Virus record (IMG/VR): IMGVR_UViG_3300048588_000115
Location: 1 to 52,566 of that record
Length of the DNA stretch: 52,566 bases
Direction: 5' to 3' (one strand)
Source: a virus
Shown: piece after piece, positions 16,879 to 26,722 of the stretch
Layout: each line of letters starts with the position of its first letter
How positions within the stretch are numbered: the first letter of the stretch is position 1
Notes under the pieces: model-generated
What the model saw: the letters and a program-made list of their open reading frames with translations, nothing else
What the model was told of the DNA's origin: nothing
Database searches by the model: none
Program-made: the position numbers and the translations under genes

Positions 16879-17617
16879 TTGTCAAGTCAAGCCAGAGTAT
16901 GATACACGATACCTTAGAAAAATTGGTCAGTACATTGTCGACAAAAAGCCCGACGTTATCATCTGCATTGGAGATTTTGCAGATATGCCTTCTCTATCAA
17001 GTTATGATGTCGGTACAAAAGCGTTTGAAGGTCGACGATACCGAACTGATGTCGAGTCAGTTCATGCCGCTATGGACCAATTATTGGCTCCTATCACAGA
17101 GTATAATGAACGAGCTAAGAGGGATCATAGAGAACGCTACCGTCCCCGACTTGTACTTACTCTTGGAAACCATGAGAACCGTATCAACCGTGCAACAAAC
17201 TCGGACCCTAAGCTCGATGGAGTCCTCTCTATCCACGACTTAGGGTATTGTGAGAGAGGTTGGGAGGTCTATGATTTTCTTGATGTGGTGGTTATCGATG
17301 GTATTGCTTATAGCCATTACTTCACCAGTGGTGTCCTTGGTCGTCCTTGTACGTCGGCTGCGGCGCAGTTGGCAAAGAAACATATGAGTTGTGTTGCTGG
17401 TCATCAACAAGGCTTACAAATACATATGGCACAGCGCGCTGACGGCAAGCGATTAACATCTGTTATTGCGGGCTCTTGTTATGAGCATTCAGAAGACTAT
17501 ATGGGACCGCAGGGTAATAAACATTGGCGTGGTGCGATGATGCTACACAATGTCTCTGATGGTGAGTTTGATTTGGTGCCAGTTCCTTTACAATATTTAA
17601 ATTCAAAATATGATTAA
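16841..17617 (+). CDS. calcineurin-like metallophosphoesterase (Ser/Thr phosphatase-like)
   Basis: DVIICIGDFADM (GD) and LTLGNHENR (GNHE). The start may instead be ATG 16856. Confidence 0.7.
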   Translation: MMAGVMKHFVIPDCQVKPEYDTRYLRKIGQYIVDKKPDVIICIGDFADMPSLSSYDVGTKAFEGRRYRTDVESVHAAMDQLLAPITEYNERAKRDHRERYRPRLVLTLGNHENRINRATNSDPKLDGVLSIHDLGYCERGWEVYDFLDVVVIDGIAYSHYFTSGVLGRPCTSAAAQLAKKHMSCVAGHQQGLQIHMAQRADGKRLTSVIAGSCYEHSEDYMGPQGNKHWRGAMMLHNVSDGEFDLVPVPLQYLNSKYD

Positions 17618-17870
17618 CGAACACGATATTAAAGACATGAAAGATTTTCCACAACCATCTGCTAATAATATTCAAGTAGGTGGTGACCATTATAAGCAGT
17701 TTAAGGGACATGAGCCCTGGGATGTTATTACTGCGTGGGGCTTAGGTTATCTTGATGGCACCGCTGTAAAATATCTTGCACGCTGGCAACACAAAGGTGG
17801 AGTTGAAGACATTAAGAAAGCCATTCATTTTTTACAGAAGTTACTAGAGGTACAAAATGTCACTAAGTGA
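17610..17870 (+). CDS. DUF3310-like protein
   Basis: GGDHYKQ...EPWDVI...KYLARWQHKGG...DIKKAIHFL matches my recollection of the DUF3310 pattern. Confidence 0.5.
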   Translation: MINEHDIKDMKDFPQPSANNIQVGGDHYKQFKGHEPWDVITAWGLGYLDGTAVKYLARWQHKGGVEDIKKAIHFLQKLLEVQNVTK

Positions 17871-18279
17871 TCAGATTCGTCAATGTCGTCAAGGTGTTGT
17901 AAACAACCCTTATCAGGGTTCTGATAAGCGTGTGTTGTTTGTGTGTAGCATGGGTATTTTACGTAGTGCCACTGCTGCACGCATTTATGGTAATCGTTAT
18001 AATACACGGTCTGCTGGCTCATGGCATGATGCACTCATTCCATTAAGTAATAATCTACTTAGTTGGGCAGATGAGATTGTGTTTGTAAATAGGCATAATT
18101 ATGAGCAAGTACAAAAATATATGCGAGATGAAAATATGGACTTAGACAGCAACTTTAATGTTAAAGTCTTAGATATTCCAGACATGTATCCACATATGCA
18201 TCAAGAACTAATCAAGGCTTTCCATGAGCAATATGAACCAGTAGACAATATTGAGCAATATGAAAAAATGGATGTATGA
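17857..18279 (+). CDS. low-molecular-weight protein-tyrosine-phosphatase / ArsC-like protein
   Basis: VLFVCSMGILRSATAA is a C-x5-R-S P-loop near the N-terminus. Confidence 0.6.
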   Translation: MSLSDQIRQCRQGVVNNPYQGSDKRVLFVCSMGILRSATAARIYGNRYNTRSAGSWHDALIPLSNNLLSWADEIVFVNRHNYEQVQKYMRDENMDLDSNFNVKVLDIPDMYPHMHQELIKAFHEQYEPVDNIEQYEKMDV

Positions 18280-18311
18280 TCTTATGTCTTATATAAGAAT
18301 GTGGTACGAAG

Positions 18312-18464
18312 ATGAATCACCTTGAGCTATTAGAAAAACTAAGGCATCTAGATGAAGTCACATTACTGGAACTTCTAGAAATTAATTCAGACGATATTAT
18401 TGATCGCTTCCTTGACAAAGTATTAGAAAAAGATGATTACATTAGGAAAGAAATTCAAGACTAA
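18312..18464 (+). CDS. hypothetical small acidic protein (50 aa)
   Basis: Hand-translated: MNHLELLEKLRHLDEVTLLELLEINSDDIIDRFLDKVLEKDDYIRKEIQD. It overlaps the next ORF by 32 nt. Confidence 0.4.
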   Translation: MNHLELLEKLRHLDEVTLLELLEINSDDIIDRFLDKVLEKDDYIRKEIQD

Positions 18465-18618
18465 TAAACGTGAGTTGGATGACGACTCTTATCTCTCGAA
18501 GAATCATTCCAAGAGTGTTCGCTTTCGGTTGCGAGTGCAAGAAGAAGCAGAGGCGGAAGAAGAAATTAAAGATTATCAAGATTATGAGGATCAAGACGAT
18601 TATAACAAAGGAACTTAA
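18433..18618 (+). CDS. hypothetical small protein with an acidic C-terminus
   Basis: 61-codon ORF with ...EEAEAEEEIKDYQDYEDQDDYNKGT. TAATG coupling to the RNR gene. Confidence 0.4.
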   Translation: MITLGKKFKTNKRELDDDSYLSKNHSKSVRFRLRVQEEAEAEEEIKDYQDYEDQDDYNKGT

Positions 18619-20300
18619 TGCACGTTAACCGATTTAAAACAGAATTTGCAGAAACTATTTTTAGGACAAAATATGCTCAAGGACCAAACGACAGTTGGGA
18701 TGCACTCGCCGATAGGCTCGTTGAGGATGTCTGTGGAACTCGATGGGGAACTCAGCCAGCACTCATGTCCGACGGAGATCGCAAAGAGCTTGCTGAACAC
18801 ATTAAGAACATGCGGTTTCTTCCGGGAGGAAGATATCTATATTATGCCGGTCGCCCCTACAAAGCCTACAACAATTGTTATCTACTGCGAGCAGAAGAAG
18901 ACACCCGAGAAGAATGGAGCAACGTAACATGGCGTGCAATGAGTTGCTTAATGACTGGTGGAGGTATTGGAATTGACTACAGCCGACTTCGCCCGTCTGG
19001 AAAACCTTTATCACGAACTGGTGGCGTCGCTAGTGGTCCTATCCCTCTCATGGAAGCAATCAACGAAGTGGGCCGCCGAGTTATGCAGGGAGGATCTAGG
19101 CGATCCGCAATCTACGCTAGCCTCAATTGGCAACATGAAGACATTCCTGACTTCCTTAGAAGCAAGAATTGGACGGATGAAGTAAAGGCTCTTAAAGAAA
19201 AAGACTTTAACTTCCCTGCTCCACTGGATATGACCAATATCAGCGTTAATTATGATGATGCTGCCCTAGGCGATGTTGTTTATCATGGGGATAACTGGCC
19301 TGACGTTATACACGAACTAGCTGATAATAAAGTCTTTCTAGAAAACTGCCGTCAGGCTATGATGACTGGTGAACCAGGGTTCTCATTTAACTTTGGAGAT
19401 AAACAGAATGAAACGCTACGTAATGCTTGCACCGAGGTTACTTCTGAGGATGATTCTGATGTTTGTAATCTGGGTTCGATTAATCTTGGAAACATTACTT
19501 CATTGGATGAGTTCAAGACTGTCACCGCACTTGCTAGCAAATTCCTTGTATGCGGAACACTCCGAGCTGATCTCCCTTACGAAAAGGTCTATAAAGTCCG
19601 CGAGAAAAACCGTAGACTCGGTTTGGGCCTCATGGGCATTCACGAATGGCTCCTCCAACGAGGACAAAAATACGAGGTAACAGATGAACTTAAGGAGTGG
19701 TTAAATGTATATCGATCCGAGTCTGAAACAGCAGCAAATGAACATTGCGATAGATTCTATATTTCGCGCCCAGTGGCTTATCGAGCAATCGCTCCGACTG
19801 GAACTATCGGAATTCTCGCCAGTACAACGACGGGAATTGAGCCATTGTTTGCGGTGGCTTATAAGAGACGTTTCCTTACTGATGGAACGAAATGGAAATA
19901 TTCCTATGTCGTCGATGCAACCGCAGACCGACTCATCAAAGAGTACGGACTAAAACCAGAAAGTATTGACACAGCTTATAAGCTAAGTCACGATTATGAA
20001 CGACGAATCAAATTCCAAGCAGACATTCAAGATTACGTTGACATGTCAATTAGCTCTACCATCAACCTCCCATCTTGGGGTAGTAAAGGGAATAGCGAAT
20101 CAGATGTTGGTAGATTCACAGCTACTTTGGCACAATACGCTCCCAGACTGCGTGGATTTACCTGTTATCCAGATGGAAGTCGAGGAGGTCAACCAATTAC
20201 CGAGTGTGACTACGAAGACGCCATCAAACACAAAGGAGCCGTCTATGAGGAGCACGACATCTGTGACATCAGTGGGCACGGTGGAAGCTGCGGAGTCTAA
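18618..20300 (+). CDS. ribonucleotide reductase, probably class II (nrdJ-like)
   Basis: FLPGGR, GGGIGIDYSRLRPSG, GGVASGPIPLM, GGSRRSAIYASL, NACTEV, CNLGSINL and the C-terminal Cys pair CDISGHGGSCGV. There is no separate beta-subunit gene in the genome. Confidence 0.75.
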   Translation: MHVNRFKTEFAETIFRTKYAQGPNDSWDALADRLVEDVCGTRWGTQPALMSDGDRKELAEHIKNMRFLPGGRYLYYAGRPYKAYNNCYLLRAEEDTREEWSNVTWRAMSCLMTGGGIGIDYSRLRPSGKPLSRTGGVASGPIPLMEAINEVGRRVMQGGSRRSAIYASLNWQHEDIPDFLRSKNWTDEVKALKEKDFNFPAPLDMTNISVNYDDAALGDVVYHGDNWPDVIHELADNKVFLENCRQAMMTGEPGFSFNFGDKQNETLRNACTEVTSEDDSDVCNLGSINLGNITSLDEFKTVTALASKFLVCGTLRADLPYEKVYKVREKNRRLGLGLMGIHEWLLQRGQKYEVTDELKEWLNVYRSESETAANEHCDRFYISRPVAYRAIAPTGTIGILASTTTGIEPLFAVAYKRRFLTDGTKWKYSYVVDATADRLIKEYGLKPESIDTAYKLSHDYERRIKFQADIQDYVDMSISSTINLPSWGSKGNSESDVGRFTATLAQYAPRLRGFTCYPDGSRGGQPITECDYEDAIKHKGAVYEEHDICDISGHGGSCGV

Positions 20301-20337
20301 TTGGGGAAGTGATTGGGTAGATGATGGAGTATAAACT

Positions 20338-20784
20338 ATAACAACAATCGCAGTAAATAAGAACATGATGGCGGGAGACCGCCAGTTCACAAAGGATTCG
20401 ATTAAGCTTATTGGTCGTACTAAAATCTACGAAGTCCCTGGTGATATTGTTGGCGCTAAACGATTGTTTGTTGGCTTTGCAGGTAGGGCTGATCAGATCG
20501 GACCATCAGTTATGTGGCTATTAAATCCTGCTGAAAAACCACATAAGCTACGTGATACTGAGATTATTGGTCTTACAGACAAAGGTGAGATATTACACAC
20601 ACAGGACTTAGTTAATTGGATTGAGCTAACGCAAAAGTTCTTTGCAATTGGGAGTGGTGCTGGTTTTGCTATCAGCGCGATGGAGTGTGGTAAAGATCCT
20701 GTGGAAGCAATCAAGGTAGCAAGCAAGTATGACTTACAAACTGGAAAGGGTTATACGAAACTCATAATGAATGAGACAAAATAA
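20338..20784 (+). CDS. HslV-like Ntn (proteasome-type) peptidase (ATG-initiated version is 20365..20784)
   Basis: (ATA)-TTIAVNKNMMAGDRQ...KI...GFAGRADQ...AIGSGAGFA parallels E. coli HslV MTTIVSV..AGDGQ..KV..GFAGGTADA..AIGSGGPYA. GGAG at 20326-20329 lies 8 nt before ATA 20338. A stop lies two codons upstream. Confidence 0.6.
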   Translation: MTTIAVNKNMMAGDRQFTKDSIKLIGRTKIYEVPGDIVGAKRLFVGFAGRADQIGPSVMWLLNPAEKPHKLRDTEIIGLTDKGEILHTQDLVNWIELTQKFFAIGSGAGFAISAMECGKDPVEAIKVASKYDLQTGKGYTKLIMNETK

Positions 20785-20808
20785 AAGGGGCCTTTCGGCC
20801 CCTTTTTA
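20783..20808. terminator. bidirectional rho-independent terminator between the convergent arms
   Basis: AAAA-GGGGCC-TTTC-GGCCCC-TTTTT: a perfect 6-bp GC stem flanked by an A-tract and a T-tract. Confidence 0.85.
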
Positions 20809-21189
20809 ATAACTCCAAATGTTAGGTCGTATACTAGACTTCACCAAATCAAGATGTATGAATCTACTATTACCTTGTTGGCTCACACCAACACCTGTGA
20901 AGCCCATTGTAATGGCTAAACCAACTAGACGATGTGCATCGGCACCACGAACACTAATATCAGCCGCAAGCCCTTGAGCATGCGGCCCAATACCAGTCTT
21001 TGTACGCTCCTCAGGATGGTTTCGATTACGGAAACCAGACGTAATCTTCATAGGTTTGTTGTACACACTACGTAGCTGTTGTAACTTATCCATAAAGGCT
21101 TCCAGCATAAAGTTCTCACCAGAGAATTTACAATCAAACTCCGCCTTAGTAAAGTTTTTGTACTTTGACCAGTCTTTTACAACACTCAT
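20806..21189 (-). CDS. endolysin, zinc peptidase M15 family (VanY/M15A-like)
   Basis: SGFRNRNHPEE, GPHAQGLAADI and IHLD fit an H/D/H metal-binding pattern. It is the last gene of the late arm. Confidence 0.65.
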   Translation of the reverse strand: MSVVKDWSKYKNFTKAEFDCKFSGENFMLEAFMDKLQQLRSVYNKPMKITSGFRNRNHPEERTKTGIGPHAQGLAADISVRGADAHRLVGLAITMGFTGVGVSQQGNSRFIHLDLVKSSIRPNIWSY

Positions 21190-24100
21190 TGTTGATATCC
21201 TTCATAACGACGCACACCTTGTGGTGATTTTGGTATACCCTGGGCACGCTCTTTAGAAGTCTTAGCAGCTTCCATATGAATCTGCGGAATCTTCTTAAGT
21301 AGATGTGTTGGATCACCACCAAGCTTCTCATACTTTGTAAGTAGCTCTTGTTGTTGTTCGGGTGTACCTTTGTTAATAATTAAGTCAGACCATTGCTTTG
21401 ACAACTCAGTTAAGTTATCAATACGCTGGCGCTCATTCTGACGATTCTGATATAGCTCATTCCGCTTACGTGCTTCGTCTAGCGGTACTAAACCAGTTGT
21501 GGCTGCCTTCTTCCATTCCTGCTCAGTACGCGGAACATCTACCTGTCCTTGTTTGTTAAGTAGATTACCCTGCTCATCCCGCTTTACAGCCATCCGAGTT
21601 GCTTGCTTCCATCCTGATGGTGTTGCATCAACTGCAAGATTAGCAAACGAATTCTCATTTGGATTAGTAGCAGCGGTAACTGCACTCTCAGCAATATCAT
21701 ATGCACCAGATAAATGTGGGAACGCGCCCTTCATAAATGAGTCTGGGACCATATCGGCGGCACTAAACTTACCCTGCATATTAAGACCGAGTAAACTGGA
21801 AACAACACCAGTCTTCATATATTCGGGAACATCCTTCATAAAGTCTTGTGCAATCGTGCGACGCTCGTCTGTTACTTCTTCACGAAGTTGTTGATATAGA
21901 TAATCAATGCTATCATAGAATACAGTACCCGTAATACCTGCAAACATTAACATTTGTAAGGCCCCAAGCATTAATGGAATTGAGTTGCCTTTACCAGCTT
22001 CTTTAGCAAGAAGCACATGTGTTCCTGCATAGTTATGTTTAAACGTAGTAAGTCCGCCAGCGTGTGGTGCTAGTACACCAAGTCCACTATACATAAGAGG
22101 GCGCTCCCACTGATGATAATCAGCCATAATTTGGTTAGTGATATTTTCAGCAACTGGTAGCACCTTATTTAAATCAGGTTCAACTTGCTTCAACATATCA
22201 ACAACAGCCAAGAACATCGGTGGGCGGGTAATGTTTTCCCCCATCTGCATTGACCACTCAGCAACGTGATCATAAGCACGACCAACAGTTGTTTTATGTC
22301 CCTCATAAGCACGCTCTAGTTCAGTGAAGTCAAGAATTCCCCGGTCACGTGCCCATTGAAACACCTGTTGCAACTCAGCATCTACTGGAAATTGAAATTT
22401 CACTCCATTCTGTTTAAACATATTATTCATAGATAACTTGAAGAACTGTGGAACAGAATTCGCCATTGCTTTAGTGGCGGCATGTGGGGGCAGTCCAACA
22501 CGTTGGGCTAACATTGTCATCATGGGCACACCAGTTTGAACCGGCTGTGCTAGCTGGGAAGCTGTGAACATCCAGTTAAACCAACCCATGTACATTTGTG
22601 CCATTTTGTTTTTAACAGTGTTAGATAACTTAATAGCATTACCTGGACCAACATAGTTACGCACACCTGGAATACGGCTTGATACACCTTCAACTACAGC
22701 ACTACTCGCGTTAAAGATAGCATTCATAACACGGCCACCATCGTGGATATAACTACCTGTTACATTACGATAATAGTCATCTAAATACTTCTTTGCGTTA
22801 GGCATGTGTTGTGTGCTCTCATCAGCCGTAAGAAGACGTAGTTCTTCTGCTGGTTTTTGTAGGGCATGATGCTCTGCTGCTTCTTCAAAATAACGCACAA
22901 TCGCATCTAAGCGATCACGCGCATTCTTCTCCGGCGACAGCCAAGGCTTATTACCAAGATTCCCGGTAATGCCTTTCTTACGCATGTTATGCACATCGTG
23001 TCCAAACAACTCGGTGGCTGCACGAACGGCGTCAAGCTGAACTTTGTTCTGAAGTTTAGCAAAATCCCCATCAGCATTAGATAGTAGTTTAATCATAGAG
23101 CTTAGATCGCTATAGCGAATAGCTTTACGATTTCCACCAGATATACTACGACGAGCATCCTGCCATTTCTCAGCGCTAAACTTAGCGTCTGGATTACTTT
23201 TCTTGTAGTACTCCACTGCTAGCGCAAACTCCCCTGGACTTGACGCAGAAATAAATCCGATAGGATCACCATTCTTATCAAGAACAAGTGAGTGATAGTC
23301 ACCACTCCAAATAGAAGCTGTATATCCTTTACGCTTAGGAGCAGACTTAACGCCCTGCTCACCACGGATTTGACTAATCCAGTCCCACTCAGCATCGCTA
23401 GTCTTTTTCAGTTGCTCCATGAAAGCAACACCATTTTTAGAAAGACCAATCTGCTGTCCAATTTCAGGTGTAAAGTCCACCTGGTGCTTATCCATCATTG
23501 TAAGTAGCTCAGCAATCTTTACACGTTCTGTAGCATCCATGTTTGTGATTAAAGGACTTAAACCACCTTCAGCAGTAATATAGTCTTTTGAGAACTTTGC
23601 AGCGTCACCACGAGCTTTGTTAAATAAGTGCCGTGCATACTTAAGCAGTGAGTTATTGTGGTATGCGGCCATAAAGTTATTACCAGGTGCCACACCACGT
23701 GAATATGGATTAGACTTAATATCCTTCTCATTTTTAATTAAGCTGACCGCCTCTTCAAAAGTAGTAGGATCAGTCCACTCCGGCATTTTTGTACCTAGAA
23801 TATCAGAGGTCGCCTTTACTTTTTTAACCTTGTCTTGTTTTTCGGCAAGCATACTAGGTGTAACTGGTGTTTCAATAGAATCTTTCGGTGTACCAAAGCG
23901 ATTACGTAGATTCTTAATACCTTCTTCAATATCTTTGACACGTAAGGCACCAGCTTGTGATCGACCTATCCCTCCAGACATAGTGGCACGCACAGGCTCA
24001 TCATATAATGAGCGAATTTTATTATCATCCCATGTTACGAAGGACTTTGTGTATGCTTGATTAGCAGCCAGTGTGCGCGCACGTTGCGGTGTTTGATGCT

Positions 24101-25790
24101 CACCAGACCGTGCATACAATTTATTCTTAGGAGTCTCATATTTATTTTCGTACCAGAAGCCATCAATATCAAATTGATCTTTAAGCATTTGTGCAAAGCG
24201 TGTGTTATCAAAAGCATCACTACCCGGTGACTTACGAGCCCATTCCTGCATGATGTCTTGAACCTCATACATGCTATACTTACCATTCGTTGCACGTGCA
24301 ACATCTAATGCAAAAGTCTGATTGTTTGCAAGAATGTATGGTGCAAATGAACCATAGTCTTTCGACAGTGTAGGATAATTACCCTTACGAATAACAATAG
24401 GATACACAGCAGAACCTACTTCGGCACCTTGCATTGCAGCAGACGCAATATTAAAATCTAAGTTACCAATACGATAATCGATTTTATTACGTTTACGTAG
24501 TGCAGATTTTAAAGTTGCAGCCGACGCATAACCCGCATGTAGACCTTCCATACCAACTGCACGTGGTTGATCATTGAACGCCTCACGAGTCCCATGTAAT
24601 AGAATTGTTGGGGAACCATCTGTATTGCTTTCATAACGGCTTGCCGGGAATCGCTCGCGCACCCATGGCTGATCAGTTAGCCGTGAAAGCCAACGGTTTA
24701 GTCCACGGAATCCTTCTTTAAATACTTCGGGATCAAGTGCACCACGTTGTGATTTACTTAGTCCTTTAATTGGTTCCGGCGAGAAAGATGGTGTGTCCAT
24801 ATCCGCAGCCGCAGCCATTGCTGACTGTGCAATAGGATCGTCACCTTCAAATTGCTTTTGAATTTGTTGTCGTGTTTCCGTTAAGTTGCCAGGAACTTCG
24901 TCATTAAACAAAGCACGGCTAATCTCATAGCTACGATTATCCATCCCATCCCGTGCCAGATCAGGAGCATCTGTAACCATTTTATCAACAGCTTCCGGTA
25001 ATGTGCGCTCAGCTCCTTGGGCTGGTAGATACTCTTCACTAAACAAATCACGTTGTAGCGGATGTGTCGCAGCTTGGACATCCATTGAGCGCTCGGCACT
25101 AATAGGCATTCCATTTTCGTCAGTAACCCAATGTCCCGCATTATTGCTATGGTCAATACCGTATTGTGGGGCATTAGATGGAAGTAGCTCGGACTGTGTT
25201 GGCGGTACATAATCTTGTGACACTGAATCAGGTTGTGTTTTAGCTTCCTTTACAATCGCCTCGATATTACTCATAGGTGGATTATACTTATTAGCCGCCT
25301 TATCAATTGCTTTATTAATCGCACGAACAGGCTTAACCACACCAAGATGTAGTGGTAGAAAGTTTAGTGCAACTTCAGTTGGAAGCTCACCATAGATGGG
25401 ATCAAGGCCAAGTGCTTCAGCGCCTTTACCAGCATATTCTACAGGCTTACGCATAATCTCACCAGAAGCCTCTACAGCGCGTTTTCCAGGGTCAGTAGTA
25501 CCTTTGTATGTTCCCATGCCGAAGTTCTCCTCCTGGACACGTTTAGAGGCTTCTGCGGCCTTATCTAAACCCTGTCCAGAAGCAAGTGTTCCAAGACCAT
25601 ATAAACCACCAGCGATTTGTGATGGCAACGCAGACATCATAGAAAGTGCTGCTTCAGGTATACCCATATAGGTTGGAACCTTACGCTTCTGCACTTTCTC
25701 ATGATCGGATAACTTAACATCATTAAGCTCAAAAAGATCGCGCGGACCTTCTTGAGAAATGTTAGCTTGTTCAAATAGATCAATAGGCAT
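21186..25790 (-). CDS. large internal virion / DNA-ejection protein (1534 aa)
   Basis: Its size and its position after other internal-virion-like genes. It has hydrophobic segments, e.g. MAQMYMGWFNWMFTASQLAQPV. No enzymatic motif recognised. Confidence 0.5.
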   Translation of the reverse strand: MPIDLFEQANISQEGPRDLFELNDVKLSDHEKVQKRKVPTYMGIPEAALSMMSALPSQIAGGLYGLGTLASGQGLDKAAEASKRVQEENFGMGTYKGTTDPGKRAVEASGEIMRKPVEYAGKGAEALGLDPIYGELPTEVALNFLPLHLGVVKPVRAINKAIDKAANKYNPPMSNIEAIVKEAKTQPDSVSQDYVPPTQSELLPSNAPQYGIDHSNNAGHWVTDENGMPISAERSMDVQAATHPLQRDLFSEEYLPAQGAERTLPEAVDKMVTDAPDLARDGMDNRSYEISRALFNDEVPGNLTETRQQIQKQFEGDDPIAQSAMAAAADMDTPSFSPEPIKGLSKSQRGALDPEVFKEGFRGLNRWLSRLTDQPWVRERFPASRYESNTDGSPTILLHGTREAFNDQPRAVGMEGLHAGYASAATLKSALRKRNKIDYRIGNLDFNIASAAMQGAEVGSAVYPIVIRKGNYPTLSKDYGSFAPYILANNQTFALDVARATNGKYSMYEVQDIMQEWARKSPGSDAFDNTRFAQMLKDQFDIDGFWYENKYETPKNKLYARSGEHQTPQRARTLAANQAYTKSFVTWDDNKIRSLYDEPVRATMSGGIGRSQAGALRVKDIEEGIKNLRNRFGTPKDSIETPVTPSMLAEKQDKVKKVKATSDILGTKMPEWTDPTTFEEAVSLIKNEKDIKSNPYSRGVAPGNNFMAAYHNNSLLKYARHLFNKARGDAAKFSKDYITAEGGLSPLITNMDATERVKIAELLTMMDKHQVDFTPEIGQQIGLSKNGVAFMEQLKKTSDAEWDWISQIRGEQGVKSAPKRKGYTASIWSGDYHSLVLDKNGDPIGFISASSPGEFALAVEYYKKSNPDAKFSAEKWQDARRSISGGNRKAIRYSDLSSMIKLLSNADGDFAKLQNKVQLDAVRAATELFGHDVHNMRKKGITGNLGNKPWLSPEKNARDRLDAIVRYFEEAAEHHALQKPAEELRLLTADESTQHMPNAKKYLDDYYRNVTGSYIHDGGRVMNAIFNASSAVVEGVSSRIPGVRNYVGPGNAIKLSNTVKNKMAQMYMGWFNWMFTASQLAQPVQTGVPMMTMLAQRVGLPPHAATKAMANSVPQFFKLSMNNMFKQNGVKFQFPVDAELQQVFQWARDRGILDFTELERAYEGHKTTVGRAYDHVAEWSMQMGENITRPPMFLAVVDMLKQVEPDLNKVLPVAENITNQIMADYHQWERPLMYSGLGVLAPHAGGLTTFKHNYAGTHVLLAKEAGKGNSIPLMLGALQMLMFAGITGTVFYDSIDYLYQQLREEVTDERRTIAQDFMKDVPEYMKTGVVSSLLGLNMQGKFSAADMVPDSFMKGAFPHLSGAYDIAESAVTAATNPNENSFANLAVDATPSGWKQATRMAVKRDEQGNLLNKQGQVDVPRTEQEWKKAATTGLVPLDEARKRNELYQNRQNERQRIDNLTELSKQWSDLIINKGTPEQQQELLTKYEKLGGDPTHLLKKIPQIHMEAAKTSKERAQGIPKSPQGVRRYEGYQQ

Positions 25791-25792
25791 TA

Positions 25793-26722
25793 TTACATTC
25801 CTAAACGCTTTTTAACTTCTTCAACCGTGATACCATATTTCTTCGCTGTGAATTCGATGTCAGCCTGTGTCGGTGGGGCTTTAGCTGGTGACGCTGTTGG
25901 TGGAGCAGTGTCAGCAAGTTGTGTGCCTTGTGATGGTTTCCAATTACCACCAGCATCAGGTGCCATACCAATACGGTCACGACCACGATCAATCAATTCT
26001 TGTGCAACAGGTTGTACAGCGGTTTTCATTGCAATAAGCTTTGGAATACGCGGATCATCTGGATTTTCTGCCTGTACTTCAGCAATATAACGTACAATGG
26101 CCGTATACTGTTGTAGAGGATCTTTAATCTTATTAAAGTCGGGCATACCAGAACTACTAGGTGACTTCATACCTTGCACATTCTCACGAGACGTGGCAGC
26201 AATACGGGCGGCTTCAATCGTACGACGCGACGCTTCTCGTTCTTTTTCCATTGCTTGCTTATGCTTAGTGCGTGTATCAATTTGTGCCGGAAGTTGATCG
26301 TAAAGTGCTTGAGCTTGTGCACGTGCTTTCGGATCTTGACTTTGTAGTCCATTCTTGATTTTAGATTCAAATTGTGACCACTTATAATCATCAGCTTCTT
26401 TTGCAAACTTATCGAGCTTCGCTTGAATCTCTTGTGGTAATGTTTCTTTACGCACACGATTATCCATCCCCAAGCCTTCGTTCTGAAGTTGCCGGGCTTG
26501 ATTACCAAGTTGAGTGCCTGCGAGTGTAGCGCTCTTTTGTGCTAGATCGGCACCATGCATTTCTTGTGTGCGTTGACGAGCTTTCATTAGTTCTTCTAAT
26601 GTTGCTTGATCAGTTTGTTGATTTTGCTTTAGCAAACGAGCAGCATCCACAGTATACATTAATGGTAGTTGCCCTGCGGTTTGCATTGCTTGTGGCGTAT
26701 ATAGCATGCTTAGATCAGCCAT
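25793..26722 (-). CDS. internal virion protein, hypothetical
   Basis: 309-codon Q/A/K-rich ORF, tightly packed between structural genes. Confidence 0.45.
   Translation of the reverse strand: MADLSMLYTPQAMQTAGQLPLMYTVDAARLLKQNQQTDQATLEELMKARQRTQEMHGADLAQKSATLAGTQLGNQARQLQNEGLGMDNRVRKETLPQEIQAKLDKFAKEADDYKWSQFESKIKNGLQSQDPKARAQAQALYDQLPAQIDTRTKHKQAMEKEREASRRTIEAARIAATSRENVQGMKSPSSSGMPDFNKIKDPLQQYTAIVRYIAEVQAENPDDPRIPKLIAMKTAVQPVAQELIDRGRDRIGMAPDAGGNWKPSQGTQLADTAPPTASPAKAPPTQADIEFTAKKYGITVEEVKKRLGM

Noticed and set aside
21186-25790. Virion RNA polymerase (N4-like) or lytic transglycosylase identity for the 1534-aa protein
   Set aside because: I could not find polymerase motifs or a recognisable lysozyme/transglycosylase motif by eye. 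I left it as a generic internal virion/ejection protein.
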